From Candidatus Cryptobacteroides sp. (GTDB lineage Bacteria; Bacteroidota; Bacteroidia; Bacteroidales; UBA932), in the NCBI GenBank assembly GCA_052173975.1, contig JBQMXN010000007.1, positions 1,431 through 65,430 on the forward strand: a DNA stretch of 64,000 nucleotides, given 5' to 3'. Every line of letters starts with the position of its first letter. The stretch's first letter is position 1. Positions 48,773 through 58,674 of this stretch are shown here, piece after piece. The position numbers were made by a program, and so were the translations under genes. The notes beneath the pieces were generated by a model. The model was not told the origin of the DNA, made no database searches, and saw nothing but the letters and a program-made list of their open reading frames with translations.

Positions 48773-50308
48773 TTATTTAGCATAAGCTACAGAACGCGTT
48801 TCCCTTATTACCGTGATTTTTACCTGTCCGGGATAGGTCATTTCATTCTGTATCTTCAATGCAATATCCGAACTTAATGTTGTCGCCTGCTCATCACTGA
48901 TTTCATCTGCTCCTACGATAACGCGTAACTCTCTTCCTGCCTGGATTGCATACGATTTAGTCACGCCGGCATAAGAAGAAGCAAGGTCTTCCATACCTTT
49001 CAGGCGTTTGATATAAGACTCGATTACCTCACGTCTTGCTCCCGGCCTTGCTCCGGAAATAGCATCTCCGACAAGCACGATAGGTGAGAGCAGAGATGTC
49101 ATTTCTATCTCTTCGTGGTGCGCTCCGATAGCATTGCAAATCTCGGGTCTCTCCTTATACATCTCGGCTAATTTCATACCTAGCAATGCGTGCGGTAACT
49201 CAGGATCATCCTCCGATACCTTACCTATATCGTGCAACAAACCTGCACGTTTTGCAATTTTAGGATTAAGCCCTAACTCTGAAGCCATTATCGCACAGAT
49301 ATTTGCTACCTCACGAGAGTGTTGGAGAAGATTCTGACCGTAAGAAGAACGATATTTCATTCTTCCGATCAGACGTACCAACTCTATATTCATACCGTGT
49401 ATTCCCAAATCTATGCAAGTACGCTTACCTGTCTCAAGTATTTCTTCCTCAAGCTGTTTCTGCACCTTGTTCACCACTTCCTCAATACGTGCAGGATGGA
49501 TACGACCATCAATCACCAACTGGTGAAGTGCAAGGCGTGCGATTTCCCTCCTTACGGGGTCAAAACCTGAAAGCAAAATAGCATCCGGAGTATCATCAAC
49601 CACGATTTCCACTCCCGTTGCTGCCTCCAACGCTCTGATATTACGTCCCTCACGACCGATAATTCTACCCTTTATTTCATCGCTCTCAATAGGGAAAGTC
49701 GTAACGGCATTCTCAATAGCCGCTTCAGTCGCAGTGCGTTGTATCGTATTGATAACTATACGTTTAGCCTCCTTTGTTGCAGTCAGACGAGCCTCATCCA
49801 TCGTATCATTGATATACGCCTGCGCTTCCGTACGTGCTTCTGCCTTCATATTCTCCATAAGAACATTTTTGGCATCCTGCGCACTCATTCCTGCGATCGT
49901 TTCCAACTGCTTGTTCGCCATAGAACTCAATCTTTCATACTCCTCCGCTTTTTTGTCGAGCGTCTCCTTCATCGCATTTACGCAGATTTGAGCGTTCTCT
50001 GCCTCTTTCAATTTACGCCCTATGTCGCAACTTTGCTGGTTCAACGCCGTCTCCTTCTGCTTGATACGGTTCTCTGCTTCTCTCAATTGGTTGTTTCTCT
50101 CATTAATGTATTGCTCGTGTTCGCTTTTCAGTTGGAGAAATTTCTCTTTAGCCTGAAAGATTTTCTCTTTCTTGATATTCTCCGCCTCCGCTTCCGCTTT
50201 TTCTATAATTTCCTCCTTGCGCCCTTTTAGCACAATTCTATTGATTATTAAATATGCGGCGAGTGAAATCAATCCACCTATTAATGCTGCTAAAATATTG
50301 TATAACAT
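48773..50308 (-). CDS. rny: Ribonuclease Y
   Basis: 511 aa with an N-terminal TM, coiled-coil region, KH motif [12 protein letters not shown] and HD domain LLHDIGK. Confidence 0.95.
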   Translation of the reverse strand: MLYNILAALIGGLISLAAYLIINRIVLKGRKEEIIEKAEAEAENIKKEKIFQAKEKFLQLKSEHEQYINERNNQLREAENRIKQKETALNQQSCDIGRKLKEAENAQICVNAMKETLDKKAEEYERLSSMANKQLETIAGMSAQDAKNVLMENMKAEARTEAQAYINDTMDEARLTATKEAKRIVINTIQRTATEAAIENAVTTFPIESDEIKGRIIGREGRNIRALEAATGVEIVVDDTPDAILLSGFDPVRREIARLALHQLVIDGRIHPARIEEVVNKVQKQLEEEILETGKRTCIDLGIHGMNIELVRLIGRMKYRSSYGQNLLQHSREVANICAIMASELGLNPKIAKRAGLLHDIGKVSEDDPELPHALLGMKLAEMYKERPEICNAIGAHHEEIEMTSLLSPIVLVGDAISGARPGARREVIESYIKRLKGMEDLASSYAGVTKSYAIQAGRELRVIVGADEISDEQATTLSSDIALKIQNEMTYPGQVKITVIRETRSVAYAK

Positions 50309-50340
50309 TGTATTATAATTTTAAATCATATAAGTTTTTT

Positions 50341-50371
50341 TCAAAAAACAAAAAATTCGTTAACACGAATT
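50341..50371 (-). terminator. Terminator-like hairpin 3 upstream of rny
   Basis: 7-bp stem AATTCGT (50354-50360) / ACGAATT (50365-50371) with a 4-nt loop. On the minus strand it is followed by TTTTTGTTTTTTGA. Confidence 0.55.
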
Positions 50372-50379
50372 AAAATTTT

Positions 50380-50415
50380 ATTAGGAAATCTTCCTGCGCC
50401 AAAATCGCAGGAAGA
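50380..50415 (-). terminator. Terminator-like hairpin 2 upstream of rny
   Basis: 10-bp stem TCTTCCTGCG (50389-50398) / CGCAGGAAGA (50406-50415) with a 7-nt loop. The minus-strand tail is TTTCCTAATAAAATTTT. Confidence 0.5.
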
Positions 50416-50423
50416 CCTCGTTA

Positions 50424-50461
50424 AAACAATAAAATCCGCCTGTACAAAGTTGGCAGGCGGA
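50424..50461 (-). terminator. Terminator-like hairpin 1 (end of the zapA transcript or candidate RNA)
   Basis: 8-bp GC-rich stem TCCGCCTG (50435-50442) / CAGGCGGA (50454-50461). The minus-strand tail is TTTTATTGTTTT. Confidence 0.65.
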
Positions 50462-50641
50462 ATCTCTCTAAAAATAGTCGTTAGTCATTTGTCAGAAAAT
50501 CTTTAATAAAAAGATTTGAGCTCCGAAAAAGTTCAGATCACATCTGTCCGGCAATAGCCGAATCCCCGAAGGTAACATATGCCTGTCATCCCTTTTCGAG
50601 TTACTCGGTTCCTGAGAACGTGTTGTTTTCAGCAAGAGGGA
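50462..50641 (-). ncRNA. Candidate structured 3'UTR or small RNA immediately downstream of zapA
   Basis: 180 nt with no ORF and several local hairpins on the minus strand: CC-UUCG-GG tetraloop, UCGGC-UAUU-GCCGG, CAGAU-GUG-AUCUG and CGAG-UAAC-CUCG. It ends at a strong terminator. Confidence 0.3.
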
Positions 50642-50938
50642 CTAACGACCGTTTTTATCAATATTCTCAAGATAGTTATCTATCTGACCGGCAGTTAATT
50701 TAACTTCTTTCTCTATTTCTTCAAATTGATTCTGAAATCTCAATTTTTTTACCGTTTCGTTCAATGCTACGATTGCGAGTTTTTCTTCAAGAGTCTTTTT
50801 TGTGAATTTTGCATCGAGATCTTTCAATTGTTCATTGATAGTCTCCGCAGCTATTCTCATCATACTCTCCATCTGTTGAGAGTCGGCTGACATGCGGTAC
50901 TCTCTCCCTGCTAATTTTAGTGTAATATTCTGAGCCAT
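50642..50938 (-). CDS. zapA: Cell division protein ZapA
   Basis: About 98 aa, beginning MAQNITLKLAGREYRMSADS... and ending in a coiled coil. ATG 50938 is preferred, since the upstream gene stops at 50941. Confidence 0.85.
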   Translation of the reverse strand: MAQNITLKLAGREYRMSADSQQMESMMRIAAETINEQLKDLDAKFTKKTLEEKLAIVALNETVKKLRFQNQFEEIEKEVKLTAGQIDNYLENIDKNGR

Positions 50939-50940
50939 AA

Positions 50941-51210
50941 TTAATTTATCAGATTCATACACTTATCAATCTCCTTTATGAGTTTATCTAACTCTTGTTT
51001 GGATTTCTGATTCTCGCTATTCGCAGATTTGAAAACCTCTGTCAGTTTCAGATTTTCTATCTGTCTTTCCAACTCCATAATTCTTTTTTTGAAAGATTCA
51101 TTAGCATTGTTGCTTTCAGTCAAAGCCTGTCTTAAATTAGTATTCTCGACTTTTGCATTTTCATATAGAGCAATCAATTTTTCGATATTTTTTTTTAGAT
51201 CATCGAGCAT
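50941..51210 (-). CDS. Small coiled-coil protein (ZapB-like position upstream of zapA)
   Basis: 89 aa, heptad-rich (LIALYENAKVENTNLRQAL...ELERQIENLKL), tightly coupled to zapA. Confidence 0.65.
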   Translation of the reverse strand: MLDDLKKNIEKLIALYENAKVENTNLRQALTESNNANESFKKRIMELERQIENLKLTEVFKSANSENQKSKQELDKLIKEIDKCMNLIN

Positions 51211-51248
51211 TTTTTGCCAATTTTATCTTTCTATGCAAATATATGAAA

Positions 51249-52511
51249 TTATTTGTGATTATTTGCAGGTGTTTCTGTAATAATTAGACAGTTTTGACTT
51301 TTACTTGAATTGAAATCAATTTTTGCGCCGAAAATATGAATTTTATCGCCCGAAAGTATAGAAGTCTTCTCTCGTAACTCCTCGCTTTTTATAGGAATGT
51401 TTTTGGAAGTGAATTCCGCTTTGGGATATTTTTTATGCAACTGCTTTATATTCGCATTATTTAAAGGTAAAATCTCCAATATGATAAATCTTTTGCAAAA
51501 TTTCGGAATCTCTTTTCCTTTTGAAAAATAAAGATGTGTGGATTTGCCTAATTTGGTCAAAGAATAGAGTTCCCCGAATGTGTTGAAAAGGCCTGCTTTC
51601 GTTATTGCCTTACCGGGTTCTATAAGCATCTTACCTGCCAAAGAGGATAATTCGTTTTCATTTTCAAGCAGATGAGGTATTTCTGTCTTTTCTCTTTGTA
51701 GATCAAAATATGCCGATAATCCGTTCTCGTAAATATGAAGTTTGCAATCATCTTTGGTCTCATCCTGCATTTCAAAATCTATAAATAGCAAAATTTCTTT
51801 GCATTCTCCTCCTGATGCCACAATATGCAACTCTTTGATTTTCTCGAATTTTTGAGTTAGCATAGTAAGGTCCGCTATAGGAGAGAGTTTGATTAGCAGA
51901 TATCTCGCGTGTTGCCTTAATTGCCGTTGCATTGCCAATACGTCGGGGCTGCATTCTTCCGGAAGGAAAATTTTCCTTCCGGTCGCGGAACGGCGGGCGG
52001 GATCGAGGAAGATAATGTCCGGCTGAAAGTCCTTCAGAGTGTTTCCTAATGGTGCATCAGGGGAAATTTCAGTGTTGCGTACAGTGATATTGTGTCTGTC
52101 TAAAGCACTGAAATTATGTTGTGCCGCCTGCGCTCGCGCAGGATCTTTTTCATTGTAAAGGACTTCTTTGAATAGTTTTGAGAAAAAGTAACTGTCTATG
52201 CCTAAACCACCGGTTAAATCTGCAATCTTTGCATTAGGATCATTTCCGCAAATTCTGAAAGCTAAGTTTGCTTTGTAATTTGCTGTATCTGAGGAACTGC
52301 ACTGTTCACAAGAAAGCGCGTCAGCGCATATTATTTTTTCACCTTTTAAAAATTCCGCTGATTTTAAGCGAAGCTTTCTTCTACCATTTATGGTAGAAAC
52401 AGCCAAAGAAATATCTATGTCTTTCCATTTGTCTTTTGCCAAAAGGAGTTTTGAGGTGTCTTCGTCTGCGTGTTCTTTTATGAAAGAATAAAATTTTTCG
52501 CTGAGTTCCAT
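51249..52511 (-). CDS. Class I SAM-dependent methyltransferase with THUMP-like C-terminal region
   Basis: SAM-binding motif ADLTGGLGIDSYFF and IIFLDPARR. 420 aa. Confidence 0.8.
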   Translation of the reverse strand: MELSEKFYSFIKEHADEDTSKLLLAKDKWKDIDISLAVSTINGRRKLRLKSAEFLKGEKIICADALSCEQCSSSDTANYKANLAFRICGNDPNAKIADLTGGLGIDSYFFSKLFKEVLYNEKDPARAQAAQHNFSALDRHNITVRNTEISPDAPLGNTLKDFQPDIIFLDPARRSATGRKIFLPEECSPDVLAMQRQLRQHARYLLIKLSPIADLTMLTQKFEKIKELHIVASGGECKEILLFIDFEMQDETKDDCKLHIYENGLSAYFDLQREKTEIPHLLENENELSSLAGKMLIEPGKAITKAGLFNTFGELYSLTKLGKSTHLYFSKGKEIPKFCKRFIILEILPLNNANIKQLHKKYPKAEFTSKNIPIKSEELREKTSILSGDKIHIFGAKIDFNSSKSQNCLIITETPANNHK

Positions 52512-52537
52512 AACTGCAAAATTAGTTAATATTTTTG

Positions 52538-52545
52538 TAAATTTG
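52538..52545 (+). promoter_or_regulatory. Bacteroidota -7 promoter box (TAAATTTG) for the phosphohexomutase gene
   Basis: Exact TAnnTTTG 23 nt upstream of ATG 52568. Confidence 0.45.
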
Positions 52546-52567
52546 CGGAATTAAAAACATTTGATTT

Positions 52568-54232
52568 ATGAGTAATGATTTTAGAAAAAGAGCGTTGGAA
52601 TGGTTAGGAGAGGGATTTGATGATGAAACCAAAAATGAGGTTAAAAGGATGTTGGATGGGGACCAGGCAGAGTTGGAGGATGCTTTTTACAGAAATTTGG
52701 AGTTCGGTACCGGTGGATTGAGAGGTATTATGGGGGTTGGTACTAACAGGATGAACAAATATACCGTTGCGATGGCTACGCAGGGGCTGGCAAATTATAT
52801 ATTGAAAAATTGTGGGGACAGGGAGAATAAAGTTTGTATTTCGTTTGACAGCAGGAACAATCACGAATTGTTTGCGAAAATTACGGCAGATGTCTTTTCG
52901 GCTAACGGGTTGGATGTTTTTGTTTTTGATGAATTGCGTCCGACTCCCGAACTTAGTTATTCTATAAGAGCGAATGGGGCTATTGCAGGCGTGATGATTA
53001 CGGCTTCACATAATCCTAAGGAGTATAACGGTTATAAAGTGTTTTGGTCTGACGGAGGGCAGATTACAGCTCCGGTGGATGGGGAAATCGTGGCAGAGGT
53101 GAATAAAATTACTGATTTGTCGCAGGTGAAATTCGTAAGTGGAGAGGGCGCCGGAAAGATTGAACGGATGGGGGCTGAAATGGATGAAAGATATCTGAAC
53201 GATATCCTTTCTTTGATGCTTACGCCTGAAGCTTGTAAAAAGCATAAAGATTTGAAATTCGTATATACTCCTTTGCACGGTTGCGGGGTAAAAATGGTAC
53301 CTGAATGCTTGAAAAGATTGGGATTCGAAAATGTGTTGCACGTGCCTGAACAGGATGTGAGCGATGGAAATTTTCCTACTGTGAAGTCTCCTAATCCGGA
53401 AGAGCCGGATGCTATGAAAATGGCTTTGGAAGTAGCTGAAAGAGAGGCGGCGGATATTGTAATGGCTACGGATCCGGATGCGGACAGGATGGGTATTGCG
53501 GTGCGCGATGATAAGGGACGGATGGTTCGTTTTAATGGCAATCAGACGGCTTCAATCCTTACTTATTATATACTGTCACGTTATAAGGAACTTGGAAGGC
53601 TTGATGAAAGAAAGTATGTGGTTAAAACCATTGTTACAACGGAATTGATAGCAAAGATTGCCAAGTCTTTCGGAGTAAAGTGTTATAATGTGCTTACAGG
53701 GTTTAAATATATTGCGGAGGTGGTAAAAAGGTATGAAGGTATAGGTGATTTTGTGTGCGGAGGGGAGGAAAGTTGCGGTTTTAATGTAGGTGAGTTTGTC
53801 AGGGATAAGGATGCTCAGATTTCTTGCGCGATGGTTGCGGAATGCGCTGCATGGGCAGCCGAACAAGGTCTTACATTATATGATTTGATGCAGAAAATCT
53901 ATTCCGAGTATGGATATTGCAAAGAGAGTTTGGTCTATCTTGTGCTGAAAGGTAAGACAGGGGTTGAAGAAATAAATAAAAGAATGAGTGAATTCAGATC
54001 CAATCCTCCTGCAACGATAGCAGGCTCGAAGGTCGTGAACGTGATAGATTATCTTGAATCTGATAAGACAGGCTTGCCTAAATCAAATGTATTGCAGTTC
54101 TTTAGTGAGGATGGGGATACCGTTTCCGTCCGCCCTTCAGGAACAGAACCAAAAATTAAATTTTATTTCGGTGCAACCGGTAGTGATGCCGATGCCAAAC
54201 TTAAAGTCTTGGAAGCCGAATTCGTAAGGTAA
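52568..54232 (+). CDS. Alpha-D-phosphohexomutase family protein (phosphoglucomutase/phosphomannomutase)
   Basis: Active-site TASHNP, metal loop ATDPDADR and sugar-binding GGEESCG. Confidence 0.92.
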   Translation: MSNDFRKRALEWLGEGFDDETKNEVKRMLDGDQAELEDAFYRNLEFGTGGLRGIMGVGTNRMNKYTVAMATQGLANYILKNCGDRENKVCISFDSRNNHELFAKITADVFSANGLDVFVFDELRPTPELSYSIRANGAIAGVMITASHNPKEYNGYKVFWSDGGQITAPVDGEIVAEVNKITDLSQVKFVSGEGAGKIERMGAEMDERYLNDILSLMLTPEACKKHKDLKFVYTPLHGCGVKMVPECLKRLGFENVLHVPEQDVSDGNFPTVKSPNPEEPDAMKMALEVAEREAADIVMATDPDADRMGIAVRDDKGRMVRFNGNQTASILTYYILSRYKELGRLDERKYVVKTIVTTELIAKIAKSFGVKCYNVLTGFKYIAEVVKRYEGIGDFVCGGEESCGFNVGEFVRDKDAQISCAMVAECAAWAAEQGLTLYDLMQKIYSEYGYCKESLVYLVLKGKTGVEEINKRMSEFRSNPPATIAGSKVVNVIDYLESDKTGLPKSNVLQFFSEDGDTVSVRPSGTEPKIKFYFGATGSDADAKLKVLEAEFVR

Positions 54233-54849
54233 TAAAGGCAAATATCTTGTAAACCGCATTGTTCGCATTTAGGAGAACGTGCGGTGCAAGTGTAACGTCC
54301 GTGAAGAATGAGCAGGTGATGCGATTTCGCCCTCTTGTCTTCGGGAATGTGCTTTTCTAAATCATTTTCTACGGCATTTACGGTTTTCCCTTCCGATAAT
54401 CCTAATCTGTGCGATACTCTGAAAACATGTGTGTCCACTGCTATTACAGGTTTGTCATAAACGATTGATGCTATTACATTTGCAGTTTTTCTTCCTACCC
54501 CTGGAAGGCTCATCAGCTCGTCTATATCGGATGGCACGATACCTCCATAGTTCGAAATGAGTTTTTGAGACATTCCTATAAGGTGCTTCGTCTTGTTGTT
54601 CGGATAAGAAATACTTTTAATGAATGGGAAAATTTCATCGAAAGAAGCATTTGACATCTTTTCCGCTGTCGGAAACTTTTCAAGCAAAGGCGGTGTGACT
54701 GTATTTACTCTTTTATCTGTGCATTGGGCTGAAAGTATTACGGCAACCAATAGACCGAAAGGATTATCGTAATGCAGTTCCGTTTCCGCTATGGGAATAC
54801 TATCTTCTAAGTATTTTATTACCTGTGAAAATCTTTCTTTGAGAGTCAT
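54163..54849 (-). CDS. nth: Endonuclease III
   Basis: HhH motif LPGVGRKTANV and Fe-S cluster CTARSPKCEQCGLQDIC. ATG 54849 is preferred. The 3' end overlaps the convergent mutase gene by 70 nt. Confidence 0.9.
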   Translation of the reverse strand: MTLKERFSQVIKYLEDSIPIAETELHYDNPFGLLVAVILSAQCTDKRVNTVTPPLLEKFPTAEKMSNASFDEIFPFIKSISYPNNKTKHLIGMSQKLISNYGGIVPSDIDELMSLPGVGRKTANVIASIVYDKPVIAVDTHVFRVSHRLGLSEGKTVNAVENDLEKHIPEDKRAKSHHLLILHGRYTCTARSPKCEQCGLQDICLYYLTNSASKTLSLASASLPVAPK

Positions 54850-54851
54850 TT

Positions 54852-55571
54852 CTATATAGTCAATGCGAGATCTATGATTTGTTTGTCTTGTTGTTCTTCG
54901 CAACTTTCGTTTTTACATACCATTATCCTGCCTTTGTATTTCTCAAAGATACCTCTGTTGTGAGTCACTATTATTATTGCCGTACCTTCTTTATTTATGC
55001 TTGTAAGGAGTTGAAGTATTCCGTCTGCCGTTTCGTTATCCAAATTTCCTGTCGGCTCATCGGCTAATATCACTTCGGGTTTATTCAGTAAAGAACGCGC
55101 TATCGCTATACGTTGCTGTTCACCTCCTGAAAGTTGGTGAGGCATTTTGTGCGCTTTCGTGTCCATATCCACGGCTTCGAGCACTTCCGTTATTCGCTTA
55201 TCTATTTCTTCACTGTTACGCCAGCCTGTAGCCCTTAATACGAATTCGAGGTTTTCATATACACTTCTATCAAGAAGCAATTGAAAATCCTGAAAAACCA
55301 CACCCATTTTCCTTCTCAGATATGGGATATCTTTTTCTTTGATTCCGTTTATCTTATAACCGCATACAGTACATTCTCCTCTTTCCAATGCATTTTCAGC
55401 AGTGATTGTCCTTATAATGGAAGTCTTTCCCGTACCGACTTTACCTACTATGTATATCAGATCTCCCGGAAAAACATCCATATTAAGATTGTAAATCACA
55501 ATGCTTTCGCCGTTCATAATATCTGCGTGACGAAATCTGATAATAGGAGTCAGGGATGTATCGTTGTGCAT
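54852..55571 (-). CDS. ftsE: ABC ATP-binding protein, FtsE-like
   Basis: Walker [10 protein letters not shown], signature LSGGEQQR and Walker B ILADEPTG. 239 aa. Confidence 0.85.
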   Translation of the reverse strand: MHNDTSLTPIIRFRHADIMNGESIVIYNLNMDVFPGDLIYIVGKVGTGKTSIIRTITAENALERGECTVCGYKINGIKEKDIPYLRRKMGVVFQDFQLLLDRSVYENLEFVLRATGWRNSEEIDKRITEVLEAVDMDTKAHKMPHQLSGGEQQRIAIARSLLNKPEVILADEPTGNLDNETADGILQLLTSINKEGTAIIIVTHNRGIFEKYKGRIMVCKNESCEEQQDKQIIDLALTI

Positions 55572-55604
55572 AATTCTTGTAATTAATCTGAATTCGATAT
55601 TTTA

Positions 55605-55612
55605 CAAATATA
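55605..55612 (-). promoter_or_regulatory. Bacteroidota -7 promoter box (TATATTTG) for ftsE-nth
   Basis: Exact TAnnTTTG on the minus strand 34 nt upstream of ATG 55571. Confidence 0.45.
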
Positions 55613-55661
55613 ATTAAAATAATTAAGAGAAGATGGCTTCTGTAAAATAAAGAAAAATAAG

Positions 55662-55669
55662 TAAATTTG
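55662..55669 (+). promoter_or_regulatory. Bacteroidota -7 promoter box (TAAATTTG) for the TPR gene
   Basis: Exact TAnnTTTG 19 nt upstream of ATG 55688. Confidence 0.45.
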
Positions 55670-55687
55670 TAAAAAATAAATAAGCCT

Positions 55688-58672
55688 ATGGCGAAAAAAA
55701 TATTAACGCTTGCTATCGCTTTTACAGTAATGATTTCATTTACATTGCGTGCTGATGAAATATCTGATAAAAAGGCATTTAAGCAAGCCGTGGAATTGTA
55801 TGAAAAAGGAATGTTCGATCGTGCTCGTACTATATTTGATGAGCTTGCTGGTAATTCCAATGATATTATTGCTCAAGGATATTCTGTGCTTTGCGCTTTA
55901 AGGATGAAAGCTCCCGGAGCTAATGTGCTCGTGAATGCGTATGATGCAAGTTCTCCTTCTTCGGTAATGTACACGCAAATTCATTATTACAATGCGTTGA
56001 ATATGTTTGATGATGAAGATTATAGAGGCGTGTTGAAACAATTCGGTCTTATCTCATCATCGTTTCTTTACAAAAATCAATTACAGGAGTATAAATTCAA
56101 GAAAGCTTATAGTGAGTTCGGACTTGGCAATTACAGTTATGCCAAGGATGGTTTGCTTGAGGTGGATAAAATGACTTATTCTGATTTTACTTCTCCTGCC
56201 AGATATGTTTTGGGATATATAGAATATACGAATAAGCATTTTGAAGAGGCTTTTTCTTGGTTTGCCAAGTCCGCAAAGGATAAAAGATTTGAGGAGATGT
56301 CAAAATTCTATATGTTTGAATGTAAATTCATGCTAAAGGATTATAAATATGTTACTTCTGAAGGCGAGAAACTGTATAAAATCGCTCCTGCCGGCAGGAA
56401 GTCTCATATTGCCAGAATTCTTTCAGAGGCATATTTGATTTTAGGTTATCCTGCCAAGGCTAAAGAGTACTATGAGAAGCACCGTATTCCTGTTAATTTG
56501 AGAAACAAGAAAGACTGGTTCTATGCAGGTACATTGCTTTATTCCGTAGGTGATTACAAAGGAGCGATAGAGAATTATTCAAAGATGGAGAATAGGACAG
56601 ATTCTCTTGGACAGATTGCTAATTATTATTTGGGTAATTCATATATCAAGACTAAGAACAAAGTAAGTGCGATGAATGCGTTTAAGGATGCTTCAGAGCA
56701 AAGTTATGATTCTTATATTCAGGAGGATGCTTTTTTCAATTATGCAAAATTGGCTTTCGATTTGAACAAAGATCCGGGTGTTTTCAGCAAATATATTGAA
56801 AGATACAAAAATTGGGAGAAAGGGGATGGGATATATAGTTATATTGCTCTGGCAGCTTTGGTCAATCGTGATTATGCTGCAGCTATATCTGCATATGATA
56901 AAATAGATAAACTGGATGGAACGATGAAGTCGAATTATATGAAAGCCAATTATTTGCGTGCTGCTCAGTTGATTAATAAAGGAGGATATAGAGATGCCGC
57001 TCCTTATTTGAGGACTTCAGTATTTTTCTCTTCGCGTTATGATAATTTCAATCACCTTTCGCGTTACTGGCTTGCCGAGTCTTATTTCAGAGATGGTCAA
57101 TATGATGAAGCGGAGAAGATTTTCATTGAGTTGTCAGATATTTCTTCTTTTGCAAAATCGAAAGAAGGACTGAATTTGCCTTATAATATAGCTTATTGCT
57201 TTTTTAAAGAGGAAAAATATAAGGAAGCAATTAAGTGGTTTGATATTTATTTGAAGGGAAGGCAGCAGGAATTCATAAAAGAGGCTGTTTTGCGTAGAGC
57301 TGATTGTTATTTTAAGGAAAAGCGTTATAATGAAGCGATTGCAGGCTATGGAAGAGTAATAATTGATTTCCATTCGGATGTGAATGAAATTTATCCTTAT
57401 TATCAATTGGGACTTGTATATGGTCTTTCAGGTGAGATAAATGAAAAAATCAAGGCATTGTCTCGTATTAGGAATGCTTCTCCGAAATCTGATTATTATT
57501 CGGAGGCAATTTATGAGTTGGGGCGTTCTTATGTGGAGATAAAAGATTTTTCAGAGGCTGTAAATTGCTTTAATATTTTGAGAAATAATGCTCCTGATTG
57601 CAGTTATAAGGCTAAAGCTCTTGTAGAGTTGGGGATGATTGCCGCTAACAAGTCGGATTATAATAAGGCTTTGGAGTATTATAAAGAAGTCGTGGAGAAT
57701 ATGCCTGAAACAGAGTATTCAAAGAGTGCATTAAGTGCTATAGAGTCTATATATCAGGCTAAAGAAGAGCCTCAGGCTTATGTCGCTTATGTCGGCTCAT
57801 TGAAAGGAGGTGTCTCTGAAAAGGTTACGGAAAACGGGGATATTTTCTTTAATACCGGAGAGCAGATATTTACGAATGGAAATTATAGAAAGGCTATTGC
57901 TGCTTTGCAGGAATATGAGGCAAAGTATCCTGCCGGACAAAATATGGCTAAGGCTTATTATTATATAGCGGAATCAAATAGATTGCTTGGCAATAAGGAA
58001 ATTGCTTGTGATTATTATTGGAAGGTGATGGAAAAAAGAGATGAGTCTGTTATTGAGACTTCCGCTTTGAATTATTCTCGACTTTCTTATGAGATGCAGC
58101 GTTATTCCGATGCTTTTAAGGGCTATGATTATTTGTATAAGAATGCTAAGTTCGCTGTTAATAAAGATATTGCCCTTAACGGTTTGATGAAATCGGCGTT
58201 TTTCGGTAAAGATTTTAATAATGCTATTTTGTATGCCGAAATGGTGAAAAAAGAGAAGGGTCGTGATAAATACAAGGTAAGGGAGGCTGATTATATTATT
58301 GCGAAGTCTTATTTGGGGACTAGCCGTAGAGATGCCGCTTTTTCTATTTTCAAGACTTTGGCACAGAAACCTTCTACGGATGAAGGGGCTGAAGCATCTT
58401 ATATGTTGATTCAGGATTGTTATGACAGGGGAGATTTCGATAAGGTAAAAGGTAAGGTATATAGTTTTGCCGAAAAGGCTCCTAATCAGTCTTATTGGCT
58501 TGCAAAGTCTTTTATTGTGTTGGGAGATTCGTTTATGGAGGAAGATAATATTGTTCAGGCTAAGGCTACTTATGAAAGCGTTAAGTCAGGTTATTCTCCT
58601 GCTTCCGGTACCGCTGACGAGATTCTTGATTTGGTTATGGACAGGTTGAACAAGTTATCTAAAATTAAGTGA
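55688..58672 (+). CDS. Large secreted tetratricopeptide-repeat protein
   Basis: 994 aa with signal peptide (LAIAFTVMISFTLRA). Repeated A/Y/L-spaced TPR-like units run throughout (e.g. AxxYYxxGxxYxxxxxYxxAIxxF). Confidence 0.8.
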   Translation: MAKKILTLAIAFTVMISFTLRADEISDKKAFKQAVELYEKGMFDRARTIFDELAGNSNDIIAQGYSVLCALRMKAPGANVLVNAYDASSPSSVMYTQIHYYNALNMFDDEDYRGVLKQFGLISSSFLYKNQLQEYKFKKAYSEFGLGNYSYAKDGLLEVDKMTYSDFTSPARYVLGYIEYTNKHFEEAFSWFAKSAKDKRFEEMSKFYMFECKFMLKDYKYVTSEGEKLYKIAPAGRKSHIARILSEAYLILGYPAKAKEYYEKHRIPVNLRNKKDWFYAGTLLYSVGDYKGAIENYSKMENRTDSLGQIANYYLGNSYIKTKNKVSAMNAFKDASEQSYDSYIQEDAFFNYAKLAFDLNKDPGVFSKYIERYKNWEKGDGIYSYIALAALVNRDYAAAISAYDKIDKLDGTMKSNYMKANYLRAAQLINKGGYRDAAPYLRTSVFFSSRYDNFNHLSRYWLAESYFRDGQYDEAEKIFIELSDISSFAKSKEGLNLPYNIAYCFFKEEKYKEAIKWFDIYLKGRQQEFIKEAVLRRADCYFKEKRYNEAIAGYGRVIIDFHSDVNEIYPYYQLGLVYGLSGEINEKIKALSRIRNASPKSDYYSEAIYELGRSYVEIKDFSEAVNCFNILRNNAPDCSYKAKALVELGMIAANKSDYNKALEYYKEVVENMPETEYSKSALSAIESIYQAKEEPQAYVAYVGSLKGGVSEKVTENGDIFFNTGEQIFTNGNYRKAIAALQEYEAKYPAGQNMAKAYYYIAESNRLLGNKEIACDYYWKVMEKRDESVIETSALNYSRLSYEMQRYSDAFKGYDYLYKNAKFAVNKDIALNGLMKSAFFGKDFNNAILYAEMVKKEKGRDKYKVREADYIIAKSYLGTSRRDAAFSIFKTLAQKPSTDEGAEASYMLIQDCYDRGDFDKVKGKVYSFAEKAPNQSYWLAKSFIVLGDSFMEEDNIVQAKATYESVKSGYSPASGTADEILDLVMDRLNKLSKIK

Positions 58673-58674
58673 TT

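Noticed and set aside
49739-50230. 163-aa plus-strand ORF
   Set aside because: It is antisense to the coiled-coil N-terminal region of rny, is low-complexity and Leu/Phe/Arg-rich, and has no promoter or motif support.
53032-53541. 169-aa minus-strand ORF
   Set aside because: It is antisense within the well-supported phosphohexomutase gene and has no recognisable motif.
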